Source: an uncultured Poribacteria bacterium (lineage in GTDB: Bacteria > Poribacteria > WGA-4E > WGA-3G). From it: a stretch of DNA of 64,000 nt. The DNA is taken from assembly GCA_951813565.1 (NCBI GenBank), contig OX638351.1, forward strand, positions 4,160,001-4,224,000. The letters are read 5' to 3'. Shown here piece by piece: positions 38,012 to 48,799 of this stretch (within the stretch, counting starts at the first letter, position 1; each line of letters starts with the position of its first letter). A program made the position numbers and the translations under genes. The notes beneath the pieces were generated by a model. That model made no database searches. It had not been told where the DNA came from and saw only the letters and a list, made by a program, of their open reading frames with translations.

Positions 38012-39019
38012 TTAAAGCGGGAATTCTATCGCTTTCCCCTGTTCAGAGGAGATATAGAAAGCCTGCATCAATTCTGTGAGATTACGCCCATCTTGGATAG
38101 TGATTGTCATCGGTTCATCGCGAAGGATAGCGTTGATCCACTGTTGCAATGGTGGCGGTGGCGCTGCGGGCGCTTCTGCGATGTATTTTGCTTTTTCTTC
38201 ATCAGAGAGTTTGCGGGTTTGAAAATGCATCTCACCGTGTCCTGCGGCAAATGAACCTTCCGTGCCGTAAATCTCAAGCATATTCGGACCAGAGCGGTGC
38301 GTCCATGCAACATCAATTACGCCGAGTGCTTTATTTGCAAATTCCACGACAGAGACACTGTTGTCGTCTATTGGAAAGTTGCCAGTGAAGTTGTTTATCT
38401 TTGCGATTGCACTTTTCGGTTCACCCATCAACCAACGTATCACATCAACACGGTGGCAGCCTAAGTCAAAGAGCGCGCCACCCCCAGCACGTACTGGGTC
38501 TGCAAACCATGCACTTGTTCCACTAAACCATTTATCAAGCGCAGCAGAATGTGCAATCCGTCCTCTGCCAAACGTTATGTCGCCGAGTAGTCCATCGTCA
38601 ATTGCCTTTTTTGCGAACAGAATCTCAGAATTAGCTCGCGAAGGCAGCGAAATCATGAACTGGACGCCTGCTTTTTCTACTGCTTCAATAATTGGATCGC
38701 ATTCTGCGACGGTAATAGCGAGTGCTTTTTCAGTGAAGATGTGTTTGCCTGCTTCGGCAGCGGCGATCATTACACGCGGATGGTCAGATGTAATAGCGTC
38801 AACTGCCACTGCGTCAACATCATCACGACTTAACATTTCGTCAAGATCGGTGTAAAATGGAACTTCATATTGTTCTGCTGCTGCTTTGCCGCCCCCACCA
38901 TGATCGAAGCCCTCTTCGTCCCAAACAGCGACGAGTTCGGTTTCGGGGTTTTCGTGAATTTGTCGGGCATATCCACCTGCGTGGACATGTGCCATACTAA
39001 TTTTTGCAACTCTAATCAT
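38012..39019 (-). CDS. Gfo/Idh/MocA family oxidoreductase
   Basis: AGKHIFTEKA and GGGALFDLGCH motifs. Confidence 0.92.
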   Translation of the reverse strand: MIRVAKISMAHVHAGGYARQIHENPETELVAVWDEEGFDHGGGGKAAAEQYEVPFYTDLDEMLSRDDVDAVAVDAITSDHPRVMIAAAEAGKHIFTEKALAITVAECDPIIEAVEKAGVQFMISLPSRANSEILFAKKAIDDGLLGDITFGRGRIAHSAALDKWFSGTSAWFADPVRAGGGALFDLGCHRVDVIRWLMGEPKSAIAKINNFTGNFPIDDNSVSVVEFANKALGVIDVAWTHRSGPNMLEIYGTEGSFAAGHGEMHFQTRKLSDEEKAKYIAEAPAAPPPPLQQWINAILRDEPMTITIQDGRNLTELMQAFYISSEQGKAIEFPL

Positions 39020-39053
39020 TTATTTCTCCTTTATAATTCCTTAAACATTGTTA

Positions 39054-39117
39054 ACAGCGCGTTTACAAAACGCGCCTACCGGGATGTAGTTGACAGCGCG
39101 CTCACAAAGCGCGCCTA
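39054..39117. repeat. Two direct copies of a REP-like hairpin (cagcgcg..acaaa..cgcgccta)
   Basis: Read directly. A related reverse copy lies at 56588. Confidence 0.6.
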
Positions 39118-39126
39118 AAGAGGTAT

Positions 39127-39900
39127 CTATTTTATACTTCCGACAGAAGATCGGGTAGCGAAATGATTCCAACCACGAAGCACCAATTTCACATTAGTAT
39201 GTCGATTTTCACCCTCAATCTGATCGTCACCAGCATGCATTTGGACAAGCACGCTCTTTCGCGTCTTATTTGAGCGATTCGGCATTGACCCGTGCAGTGT
39301 GAAGTAGCTAAAGAAAAGCACATCTCCCGGTTCTGCCTCTAATACGGTGGCATTCTCAATTGGGTATCGTTCAGTGATTTCTTCGTTCTGTCCACCGCCC
39401 ATCATGCCATCGGTACGTCCCAATTCCTTATGCGAACCTGGGTATACGCGAACACACCCCATCTCATCTGTGGCATCTGACACGTATATGATAGAGGCTA
39501 TCATCGTATCTTTGACTGATGGAAAATACTGCCAATCCTGATGCATTGGAAAGGGTGAACCTTTCTCAGGCGGTTTGCAGAAAAGTTTGGAGTGATGAAG
39601 CATAATATCCGGTCCAAGGATGGCTTCGACATTATCAAGAAAATTGTCTTGCAGAAATGCCTGCATCCACACAGCAGAGAAACTCTGTATATTATGCGTA
39701 TGAATAATAACAGATTCCCCACCATCAAGAGCATCCATTAACCTACCACCCCAACGTGCATTGACATTTTCATCGCTTTTAAGCAACTGGTCTACAACAC
39801 GATCAAAGTCATGCTCCATTAATTTGACTTCTTCAGGTGAATAGACACCTTTTGCGAAATAGTATCCGTTTTCATGAAAAAATTGTCCGATGTCTGACAT
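39127..39900 (-). CDS. Phytanoyl-CoA dioxygenase (PhyH) family
   Basis: HQD iron motif and GDVLFF..LHGS.PN.S..R motif. Confidence 0.92.
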   Translation of the reverse strand: MSDIGQFFHENGYYFAKGVYSPEEVKLMEHDFDRVVDQLLKSDENVNARWGGRLMDALDGGESVIIHTHNIQSFSAVWMQAFLQDNFLDNVEAILGPDIMLHHSKLFCKPPEKGSPFPMHQDWQYFPSVKDTMIASIIYVSDATDEMGCVRVYPGSHKELGRTDGMMGGGQNEEITERYPIENATVLEAEPGDVLFFSYFTLHGSMPNRSNKTRKSVLVQMHAGDDQIEGENRHTNVKLVLRGWNHFATRSSVGSIK

Positions 39901-40673
39901 TACGATTTTGTAACCTCCAAATAGTATTCAGCAAGCCAATTCGACAGAAGACGTTCTGAATTATTAGCGTTTTTAATTTCTCGTTGTAACTGCGTAAAAG
40001 TTTTCAATACTGCGAACTGCCCATTATTGAGAATTCCTATGAGATTATCTTTTTGTGAACTGTCAAAACCCACATCACATAGTTTGGACACATCTTCCAG
40101 CCGATTGGTAGCAAGGACGAGTGTTTTTCCCATTGAATTGAGTTCACTGAACAACTCTACCATCTCAATTTGCCCGCGTGGGTCGAGCGGTGCTAACGGT
40201 TCATCAAGTAGCCACAAGTCTGGTTCATGCAAAAAGGTTTTTGCAAATAGGAGACGTTGACGTTCCCCAGCTGACAATGTACCAATTTTGATGTCCCTTA
40301 GATGCTGAATGTCCATTAATTCAATCACAGCATCAATTGCAGCGGTGCGTTCTTGTTTCTCTAATTTGTATGCAGCAGCGAAAAAATTGAGGTAGTCAAC
40401 AACAGATAATTCTGGGTATCCTTCAAATGCAATAGGGACATAACCGATTTGTGGACGCACCTGTTTCAAGTTGGAAAATGCATCCATTCCTATAATAGAG
40501 ACAGTGCCTGATGTCGGTTCAACCAAGGTTGCCAAAATGTTGAGTAAAAGTGTTTTTCCCGTGCCGTTTCTACCAAGCAAGATGAGAGATTCGCCAGCTC
40601 CCACCTGAAAAGTGAGTTCTGTGAGAAACGGTTTCTTGTCAATGGATTTGCTGAGATTTTGGACATCAAGCAA
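39900..40673 (-). CDS. ABC transporter ATP-binding protein
   Basis: Walker A GRNGTGKT, signature LSAGERQR, Walker B LLDEP. H-loop His replaced by Asn. Confidence 0.88.
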   Translation of the reverse strand: MLDVQNLSKSIDKKPFLTELTFQVGAGESLILLGRNGTGKTLLLNILATLVEPTSGTVSIIGMDAFSNLKQVRPQIGYVPIAFEGYPELSVVDYLNFFAAAYKLEKQERTAAIDAVIELMDIQHLRDIKIGTLSAGERQRLLFAKTFLHEPDLWLLDEPLAPLDPRGQIEMVELFSELNSMGKTLVLATNRLEDVSKLCDVGFDSSQKDNLIGILNNGQFAVLKTFTQLQREIKNANNSERLLSNWLAEYYLEVTKS

Positions 40674-40737
40674 TTAGATTCTCCGATGATTGGGTCGTTC
40701 ATCTTGTGTCAATATCTATTGTGCTATAAATACAGTG

Positions 40738-41739
40738 TTAACTGAGATCAACCTTAACAGGTTTGCCAAGGTCCGCAGACTGCCATGCGGCTTCGGTCAA
40801 TTGGATAACGCGCAACCCGTTTTCAACACCGATAGGATTTTCTGTACGTTCACCACGGATAAGTTCAATGAAGGCAGCGTCTTTGTTGCCACCTTTCGGC
40901 AGATCAGCATTGTCAACGGGAGTCGGTTTACCACCCTGGCCTTGGCGATAGAGTTGACCCGCGCGTAAAAAGAGTGCACCGTCCTCCATCCAGATAGAAA
41001 AGTCTTCTTGCACACCGCCATGGGCATGCCCTACGATGCTGATGTTGCACAATGCACCCGTATCAAATTTGATTGACATAGCGGTAAGGACATCTACCTC
41101 AATGTCCAAGTTATCTATCATTGCAAACACTGTATCTGGGCTTACTTCTAATACCCATAGTAGGATGTCAATGAGATGGCTACCAGAATCGTTTAGTTGA
41201 CCACCGCCGCCGAGAAACGGGTCTTGTCGCCATTTCCCCTGCTGATTCCGATACCAATTCTGTGATTGGTGGGCTGCGACAAAGTTGACTTTTCCAAGTT
41301 CGCCACTTTGGACGACTTTACGACAGTATTGATAGGTGGGACTCAGGTGCCTTTGGTAGCCGATCATCAGGTGTAATCCAGTTTCTTCAACTTTTGCCAT
41401 TACCTGTTTGGCGTGGTCTACCGTGCAGACCATCGGTTTTTCGGTATGTACGTGGCAGCCAGCATCAAGTGCAGCCATGATATGGTCAAAATGCAGCCCG
41501 TGCGGTGAACTAATAACCACCGCATCAGGTTTGGCTGCGGTTAACATTTCAACGTGATCTGCGTAGGTTGGGATAGAATCGTCTAAACCGACGGTTTCTT
41601 TGAACGCGTTAAGTGCATTTTCGCTTGGGTCGGCAAGGGCGACAATCTCTACGTTTTCAACACTGGTAACACTACGTCCATGCCCACGTGAGTTACCACC
41701 GCATCCAATGAATCCAAATTTTAATTTTTGTTTAGCCAT
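40738..41739 (-). CDS. Gfo/Idh/MocA family oxidoreductase
   Basis: GFIGCGG, HVHTEKPM and GGGQLNDSGSH motifs. Confidence 0.92.
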   Translation of the reverse strand: MAKQKLKFGFIGCGGNSRGHGRSVTSVENVEIVALADPSENALNAFKETVGLDDSIPTYADHVEMLTAAKPDAVVISSPHGLHFDHIMAALDAGCHVHTEKPMVCTVDHAKQVMAKVEETGLHLMIGYQRHLSPTYQYCRKVVQSGELGKVNFVAAHQSQNWYRNQQGKWRQDPFLGGGGQLNDSGSHLIDILLWVLEVSPDTVFAMIDNLDIEVDVLTAMSIKFDTGALCNISIVGHAHGGVQEDFSIWMEDGALFLRAGQLYRQGQGGKPTPVDNADLPKGGNKDAAFIELIRGERTENPIGVENGLRVIQLTEAAWQSADLGKPVKVDLS

Positions 41740-42010
41740 GTCCGTTCCTCATTCAATTCTTTTTGCTTTAAGTTACCACGACCTATCACAAAATGCAAGA
41801 AATTAATTCTAATGATACACAGATATTGAAATCTGTTCTTACAATTCACAACTGTTCAAAAAATGAACACTATGGTCCAAATTCTGTCAAAAATTGATTG
41901 AAATTCTCGGTTTTTGTAGGATTACGTATGGCATAAAATTTGCGTAAATTTAGCATATAGTTTAAAATACTGTGATTTCGGACACAACACTATAAGAACA
42001 ATAATATTGA

Positions 42011-44371
42011 ATGGAGAATAATAGCATGCAAAAGTCATTTTATCTTTTTCTAATTTTTAGTATGACACTTTTTGTAATTTGGAAACCTCATGCAGGCGCG
42101 AATGTTAAGGCTAAAGAATATAAGGACAAAAATGTTGTGGAAATGCAGGAGATAACGGTGACAGCAACACGTGCCGAGAAAGAACCATTTAAGACGCCAA
42201 ACGCTATTACTGTACTTAATTTAAGACAATTGGAACGTACCAATGCAGACATAGCGCCTAACCTACTGCGAGATGTGGTAGGTGTTTGGGGCCAACAGAC
42301 AACAGTCGGACAAGGTTCTCCATTACTCCGTGGCTTAACCGGCTACCAAACGTTGATACAAGTTGACTGGGTCCGCCTCAACAATTCAACATTTCGTTCA
42401 GGACCGAATCAGTATACGGCAACGCTGGCACCGGAAACTTTGGATCGGGCAGAGGTGCTACTCGGTTCAAGTTCTACACTGTATGGAAGTGGCGCGATGG
42501 GGGGTGTTATCAACCTATTTACGAAAGCGGTCCCGCTAAATCCATCTCAGGAAATGTGGAAAATACACCCTCGCCTCCTGGCGCGATACACGACTGCTAC
42601 ACAGGAACGTCTCGGTAGGTTAGAGGTAACAGGCAGCCAAGGACGATTTGGATTCAGTGTTGGCGGCGGTGTTCGATTCTACGGAGACCTAAATCCCGGA
42701 CGCGGATACGATCTCCACTACAAAAATCGGAAGTATGAAATAGTTGACGAAATGCCAAGCGGTGTGAAACTATATGAATATGATGAAGTCGGCGCGTTGT
42801 CAAAAGATGATATTCCTGAGAGATGGCTCATTGACAATGAAGGTCCGTTGGGGTGGAGAGCCTATGATGCTGATGCCAAAATGGCTTACCAAATTGACGA
42901 AAGAAGAGCAATCAATGTTGCTTATCAGATGTGGCGACAACCACAAACACCACGTTATGATAAAATCGCACCGCAAGAGTTTGACGAATTCTTTTTTGAA
43001 CCGCAAAATCGCGATCTTGTATACGTTAACTATGTGGCGAATCCTGAAATCTCCAGCATTGACCTATACAGATTCACAGGTTCTTTTCAGCGGCAGAAAG
43101 AGGGGCGAAATGAGGTGACGCGCGGTGAAACTTCACGCAGACAACGATATGATACGGTTAAGACCATTGGTATAAGCGCGCAGGCGGTTAGTAGTGTTCT
43201 TCCCCGACAACGTTTGGTGGGTGGTGGTGAATTTTACTTAGACATGCTGCAAAGTCGTACTGTCAAAACTGATCTTGAAACAGGGAAAGAAACTGTTGAC
43301 GAAAACCTTGGACGATTTATCAACGGTTCTCAGTTTTGGGATGTGAGCTTGTTCCTTCAAGATGAAATAACGATTCACGAACGTGTAGAACTTATCCTCG
43401 GTGGACGTGCAACACTTTATCAAACCAATGCGGACCTTTCTATTCGAGATAAAAGTTTTGATGAATTCAATGAATTGGATAACAGTTTGACAGGAAGTGC
43501 TGGGGTGGTTGTCGGTTTGACAGATTACCTGAACTTTGTAAGTAACTTTGGTACAGCATTTCGCGCGCCATCGTTGAATGATACAACAGCAGTGGAAGTT
43601 ACCAATGAGGGGATAACGGCACCAAGTCCTGATCTTGAAGCGGAGACTTCGTGGACAGTTGAGGGTGGTCTCAAGGCGAAACATTCCTATTTTCGTGGTG
43701 CGCTAACGCTGTTCCACAGAAGGGTTAACGGCTTAGTTACGCGCAAACCCGTTCAAGAAGCTTATGAAGGCAAGACACTACCGCAACTCCATCAAGACCT
43801 AATAAACCAGTACGAGGGGATTGACGTGCTGGTGTTTGACAACGTTGATGAGGCACAGTTTCAGGGCGTTGAGTTAGCAGGGGTGATTCCGATTCACTCT
43901 GCTTGGTCGGTCTACGGGAATGCAGCATTGATACGTGGAGAAGTGCTTTTGATTAACGGCGTAGAACCTGATCCTGAGAAACCTTGGGAGACACGTACTC
44001 GTAGGGAACCGCCTTTGAACGGTGTGGTTGGAATCCAGTGGGAACCTGTGAATACACAGTATTGGGCAACGCTATTTGTGCGGGGTGCTGCGGAACAGAG
44101 ACGCCTAAATCGAAGCGACATACGCGACCCTCGGATACAAGGATCAACACGTGATCCAGCAGAAGTCGAATTTGACGACAACGGGAATGCAGTTGATGCA
44201 GGCACACCGGGATGGTGGACACTTAACGTGCGTAGCGGTGTCAAACTCTTTGACTATACGCGTTTGACGTTATCGCTTGAGAACTTGCTTGATAAACGTT
44301 ATCGTCCGCATGGGTCAGGTGTGAACGCCCCTGGTTTTAATATAAGCGTGAGTTTAGACAATCGGTTTTGA
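42011..44371 (+). CDS. TonB-dependent receptor
   Basis: TonB box EITVTATR, plug motif LYGSGAMGGVIN, C-terminal ENLLDKRY...RF. Confidence 0.93.
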   Translation: MENNSMQKSFYLFLIFSMTLFVIWKPHAGANVKAKEYKDKNVVEMQEITVTATRAEKEPFKTPNAITVLNLRQLERTNADIAPNLLRDVVGVWGQQTTVGQGSPLLRGLTGYQTLIQVDWVRLNNSTFRSGPNQYTATLAPETLDRAEVLLGSSSTLYGSGAMGGVINLFTKAVPLNPSQEMWKIHPRLLARYTTATQERLGRLEVTGSQGRFGFSVGGGVRFYGDLNPGRGYDLHYKNRKYEIVDEMPSGVKLYEYDEVGALSKDDIPERWLIDNEGPLGWRAYDADAKMAYQIDERRAINVAYQMWRQPQTPRYDKIAPQEFDEFFFEPQNRDLVYVNYVANPEISSIDLYRFTGSFQRQKEGRNEVTRGETSRRQRYDTVKTIGISAQAVSSVLPRQRLVGGGEFYLDMLQSRTVKTDLETGKETVDENLGRFINGSQFWDVSLFLQDEITIHERVELILGGRATLYQTNADLSIRDKSFDEFNELDNSLTGSAGVVVGLTDYLNFVSNFGTAFRAPSLNDTTAVEVTNEGITAPSPDLEAETSWTVEGGLKAKHSYFRGALTLFHRRVNGLVTRKPVQEAYEGKTLPQLHQDLINQYEGIDVLVFDNVDEAQFQGVELAGVIPIHSAWSVYGNAALIRGEVLLINGVEPDPEKPWETRTRREPPLNGVVGIQWEPVNTQYWATLFVRGAAEQRRLNRSDIRDPRIQGSTRDPAEVEFDDNGNAVDAGTPGWWTLNVRSGVKLFDYTRLTLSLENLLDKRYRPHGSGVNAPGFNISVSLDNRF

Positions 44372-44534
44372 GGATTTTCTTTTACGGGACAGCTATAGTA
44401 AAACCTATTATTCATGCATTCCCGTGTTGATTGGGAAACGTTGTAAATGTAAGAGGCGCAATGAATTGCGCGACTACAAACAGGCATCCAAAGAAATATA
44501 TGGGCATTTAGATTTACTATAACGTGCCTGCAAA

Positions 44535-45047
44535 TTACTGGACATGAAATTTCTGTTTGATAAATTCCACAACAACCGGCGGCACCATTTCCAACAACTT
44601 TTCTTCACTTAATTTGCCTTGCCCCATTTCCACAACCTCCATCACGAGCGTTGAGCTGATATGGGCGTATTGTTTATTTGCAACCATAAAGAGCGTATCA
44701 ATCTCATGGGCGATCTGCTGATTCATCCGTGCCATTTTGAATTCCCATTCAAAATCGGAGATTTCGCGTAGTCCACGAATGATGGCACATGCGCCGCGTG
44801 TTTGCGCGTAATGCACCATCAAACCAGCATCGCCAGCAATAGTGGCTTTCGGGTAAGGTTTGATGACCTCTTCAAGCATTTGGATGCGTTCTTCAATCGT
44901 GAACCGCTCTTGTTTTGCTGGGTTCACGCCTATAACGACGACGAGTTCATCAAAAACATCAAGCTTACAAACCCGATCAATCAAATCCACATGACCGAGT
45001 GTGATCGGATCGAAACTTGCTGGGAAGATTGCGATTCTTTTGGACAT
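44535..45047 (-). CDS. coaD: Phosphopantetheine adenylyltransferase
   Basis: FPASFDPITLGH, IIRGLR..DFEWE and ISSTLV motifs. Confidence 0.95.
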   Translation of the reverse strand: MSKRIAIFPASFDPITLGHVDLIDRVCKLDVFDELVVVIGVNPAKQERFTIEERIQMLEEVIKPYPKATIAGDAGLMVHYAQTRGACAIIRGLREISDFEWEFKMARMNQQIAHEIDTLFMVANKQYAHISSTLVMEVVEMGQGKLSEEKLLEMVPPVVVEFIKQKFHVQ

Positions 45048-45069
45048 CTGTTCTCCTTTCTTTTATATT

Positions 45070-47031
45070 TTAAGGTTCTTTATCTTTAATACGGAATTCT
45101 CGTGATGCTATGTTTCCGTGCATATCAATCATCCGAAGTGCAACAGTTTTTATCTCGGGATCAGAAATCTCAAATTCAACAGTTGCCTTATCTTTACCTT
45201 CTAATGCTTGACATTCATAAAACTTTTTCCTCCACCGTTGATTTTTAATATCTATTGGTACAAACAGTTGTACTTGGTGTATGCCATCCATATCAGCAAT
45301 CGAAAATTGGAAAAGTCGTGAGTCTGAAGTATCCACCTGTGACACCTTCATCTCAATCTTCGGTCGTTTGTCAAAGAAAGGTTGATTTGGATTAAGGAAA
45401 CGACTCCTGTCCAACCATTCAGCCTCACATTTGGATAATTTCATCGCGTTGATACGAGTCAAAAAGTTAGGCACCAGTTTACGATCAACATTAGGTAAAT
45501 TAAAAGCAGACCGTAATAACTCATAAGCAACTGTGTCGTGATTGACAGTTCTTGCAGAAGCATATATCAGTTGACCATAATTTACCCCTTCAATCTTCTT
45601 CCCTCTGATTTTGTTTGAAGTAGTGCCTCTAATCCAAGGATAGTACTCAAATGTGTTGTAGCGGTATCCAGCAAAGTTATTCTGACGCGAAAAATTGAAA
45701 AACGAATTATAATCATTCGACACAGCAAGCCATGTAACGTTTGAAAAATCGAGGTTTTTGGTTTGCTCTGCTTTGATTAGATAGATTTTTGCTTTTCCAT
45801 TTTCATCGGTTTCAAACGTAAATGTTTTTCTACCGAATCCATGTCTTTCCATCTCATCGGCGTAATATTTTTGAACCTCTCTTATCATTCTATCCAGTTT
45901 TGAGGAAATACCGTTTTGCGGATTTTCCCCGGGACCTATAATATACATTATCTTGATTACATCAAATGAAGTGGTAACTAACTCTGATATGTTAGGTTTA
46001 AATCGCCACAAACGGAGAAAACCGTCCTCCCCGCCAGTGGCAAGCATTTCCCCGTTGTATGAAAACGCAACACCCCATGTCTCTATGGGCAACGAGGTAA
46101 TTGGTGCACCATTTGCGGCTAATCTCAATTCTATACCTTTGCCCATAATAGGACTTGGATTAGCAAACGCACACATCTTTCCATCTGGCGAAAAAGCCAA
46201 ACCTGCAATTAAACCACGGTTTATTTCACCGTGATGTTTCCACTCAGGTACCGTCCACAAGATACAATTTGCTGAATAGGCACAAATTGCCAAATATCGG
46301 TTGTCTGGAGAAAACTTGATAGTCTCAATTCGTTCATGAGAAGTTTTCAATTCTAAAGTTGGTTCTAATGTTTTTACAAGTTGCTTGCTTTGGAAATCCC
46401 ATACGTTTACAGTTCCGTTATTATGTGCGGATGCAATCCACTTTCCATCTGGAGAAATATCTAAAGCCCGCGCGCCCCAATTATGAATGCCTTCTGGTGG
46501 TTCGTACGGTAAAATTCCTATCTCTGTTAGGTTGTCCGGATCACGGATATCCCAAAGTTTTACATGTGCTTTAGGAATCGCAAGTATATTTCCATCTGGT
46601 GAAAATGCTATTTGTCCGCTTGAACCATTCAGAGAATTCAATTTCTTACCCGTAGCAACATCCCATAATATTACTTTAGAAAAATCTGAACTTACAAGCA
46701 ATTTTCCAGAAGGTGAGAAAGTTATCAGTGTACTTAATGCAGGATGGCTAAATATTCTGACAGGATTATTTGAGTCGTTTGTATTCCACAATTTAACAGT
46801 GCCATATTGATCAGCAGTCGCTATTATAGACGAATCGACAGGTGAAAAAGCAACGGATTTTATAGATGGTCCGTTATGAAATTTCGCGATAGGTTTAGGT
46901 TTTTCAGGCAGCTGCGCGAATGTCTGTGGGAGGAATTCCTGATGCTGCGGACGTGAGATGAAATACAATACAACACTAACGATTGCAATTGCCAAAATTA
47001 CAAATAAGAGTGTTATTTTTTTATTTTTCAT
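45070..47031 (-). CDS. Membrane-anchored WD40-repeat protein fused to a degenerate metallopeptidase-like domain
   Basis: About 7 WD40 repeats (AFSPDG..LWD); C-terminal YADEMERHGFGRKTF ... VAYELLRSAFNL. Confidence 0.82.
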   Translation of the reverse strand: MKNKKITLLFVILAIAIVSVVLYFISRPQHQEFLPQTFAQLPEKPKPIAKFHNGPSIKSVAFSPVDSSIIATADQYGTVKLWNTNDSNNPVRIFSHPALSTLITFSPSGKLLVSSDFSKVILWDVATGKKLNSLNGSSGQIAFSPDGNILAIPKAHVKLWDIRDPDNLTEIGILPYEPPEGIHNWGARALDISPDGKWIASAHNNGTVNVWDFQSKQLVKTLEPTLELKTSHERIETIKFSPDNRYLAICAYSANCILWTVPEWKHHGEINRGLIAGLAFSPDGKMCAFANPSPIMGKGIELRLAANGAPITSLPIETWGVAFSYNGEMLATGGEDGFLRLWRFKPNISELVTTSFDVIKIMYIIGPGENPQNGISSKLDRMIREVQKYYADEMERHGFGRKTFTFETDENGKAKIYLIKAEQTKNLDFSNVTWLAVSNDYNSFFNFSRQNNFAGYRYNTFEYYPWIRGTTSNKIRGKKIEGVNYGQLIYASARTVNHDTVAYELLRSAFNLPNVDRKLVPNFLTRINAMKLSKCEAEWLDRSRFLNPNQPFFDKRPKIEMKVSQVDTSDSRLFQFSIADMDGIHQVQLFVPIDIKNQRWRKKFYECQALEGKDKATVEFEISDPEIKTVALRMIDMHGNIASREFRIKDKEP

Positions 47032-48187
47032 TTAGTTCTCTCAAATCCCATAGACTTAGAACACCACCGTAACCACCACCTGCAAGCGTGTTACCGTCAG
47101 GAGAAAACTCAATCACACTACTGCCGATAAGACCTCCTTTTTGAAACAGAGCAATAGGGACAAGGTTTTCTACGGACCAGAGGGTCACCCCTTTAACATC
47201 AGCGACTGCATACATTGTGCCATCTGGTGAAAATGCTATATCTCTTATGCTTTTCTCAGGTACTTCGTGGTAAATATTCCATTCAGGAAGTGACCATATC
47301 GTCATTCCTTTCTCACCTGCAATAGCAAAAAAACGGTTATCTGGTGAAAATTTTATAGTTCGGATATCTGGGTGATATTTTTCAAGTACAAGGTCTTTTG
47401 TAATTTCTCTTTCTAAAATCTTGAAAAGTTGTTTGCTCTGTAAATCCCAAACTTTTACTTTATCAGTCCATCTTTTCTTAGTTTGGTCATATATCTGCCC
47501 ACCCGCTGCGATCCATTTTCCGTCATGTGAAAAGTCAATAGTTTTAAAAGACTGATTCACTGTTGCATTGTGATGTTTGACCCAACTATTATAATTAGAA
47601 CTTTTTACACTCACTTCTTCGTGTGATATGGACTGTTCACCCATTTTTACTGGTAAGATAAATAACTCTGAAATCTTGTTAGGGTTGCTGATATCCCACA
47701 GTTTCACATCTCTCGTTCCAGCTGCGAGATAATCATTCACAGGTGAAACAACGCCAGTGCTTGAGGGAGTTTCTAATGTATTTATCCTTTCTCCTGAAGA
47801 CGCATCCCATATTGCAATCATCCAAAAATCTTTACTGACAAGCCATTCGCCTGTCTGAGAAAAAGTGATATATCTAACTCCAGAAGTACCGCTTTCATTT
47901 GTGGGATGATTCGTTAACATAAGTTCTAGTGAATCTGTATTGTTAAGGTTCCACACCTTTACTTCGTTTCCCTCGCCTGCACTTGCAATAAGGTTTGGAT
48001 TCTTTGGAGAAAAGGCAATAGCGTTTATCCAAGTACCATGGTTAAACGCAGCAATCGGCGGAATCGGTCTCATCCGTTCCAATATCGTTTCTTGATTATC
48101 GTTCCACTGGCGCCATGTTGAAAGCCCTAAAAGTCCTATAGCAATTACAATTCCTATAAACAGGATTAATATTTTTTGAGTCTTCAT
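47021..48187 (-). CDS. Membrane-anchored WD40-repeat protein
   Basis: WD40 repeats and N-terminal TM helix. Paralogous to the N-half of the downstream gene. Confidence 0.88.
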   Translation of the reverse strand: MKTQKILILFIGIVIAIGLLGLSTWRQWNDNQETILERMRPIPPIAAFNHGTWINAIAFSPKNPNLIASAGEGNEVKVWNLNNTDSLELMLTNHPTNESGTSGVRYITFSQTGEWLVSKDFWMIAIWDASSGERINTLETPSSTGVVSPVNDYLAAGTRDVKLWDISNPNKISELFILPVKMGEQSISHEEVSVKSSNYNSWVKHHNATVNQSFKTIDFSHDGKWIAAGGQIYDQTKKRWTDKVKVWDLQSKQLFKILEREITKDLVLEKYHPDIRTIKFSPDNRFFAIAGEKGMTIWSLPEWNIYHEVPEKSIRDIAFSPDGTMYAVADVKGVTLWSVENLVPIALFQKGGLIGSSVIEFSPDGNTLAGGGYGGVLSLWDLRELNEK

Positions 48188-48376
48188 TGTTTTTTCTTCG
48201 GGGAACATCAATTAAGTATCAACGTGAGATTTGCCAAACCGTAGGTAATCAACGACAAATCAAGAAATCTCAGGTTTACAAAACTCTCCAACAAGAAATT
48301 CAGGACTATATTGACACCTACGGGTTTCATGCTGTCAAACCCAACCTTGTTCTACATTTGGAATTTTACTATCTAA

Positions 48377-48696
48377 ACCTAAGTTGCTACGGACAAGATT
48401 TCAAGCTTGTAGACATTGCTTTTTACTGAAAAACAAGGATTTCCAGCTAATTCTTATGCTTTCTTTTTTAAATCGGGGTTAGAAACCCCTCCTACAAGAG
48501 CATTCGCGATATAGGTAACGTGAGTTTGATAATTAACTGGACAGGCAAAAATTGAACAGAGAACGGGCATATTTGCTGAAAAAATCGTTATTTTGGTGTT
48601 TTTAACCCCCTAAATCCCCTTATCAGAGGGACTTTAAGAGGAAATGTGGAAGTTCTAACTATTTATCAAACTCACGTTATAGGTAGCAACTTGGGT
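48377..48696. mobile_element. IS982-derived MITE with 7-bp TSD TATCTAA
   Basis: Ends ACCTAAGTTGCTAC / GTAGCAACTTGGGT are identical to those of the IS982 at 28824-29749. Confidence 0.88.
48518..48677. mobile_element. ACGTGAG-family MITE nested in the IS982-derived MITE, 8-bp TSD TATAGGTA
   Basis: Perfect 15-bp TIR ACGTGAGTTTGATAA / TTATCAAACTCACGT. Confidence 0.88.
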
Positions 48697-48770
48697 TATC
48701 TAACTCCAATTATCATAACACATGAAAAGGAAAAATGTAAGGTCATTTCAGAATTAGCCAAAAATTTACC

Positions 48771-48799
48771 TTGCCTCTTTTTTGTGGATTTGCTATACT
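48771..48799 (+). promoter_or_regulatory. Sigma70-type promoter for the LamG gene pair
   Basis: TTGCCT-17 bp-TGCTATACT. Confidence 0.6.
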
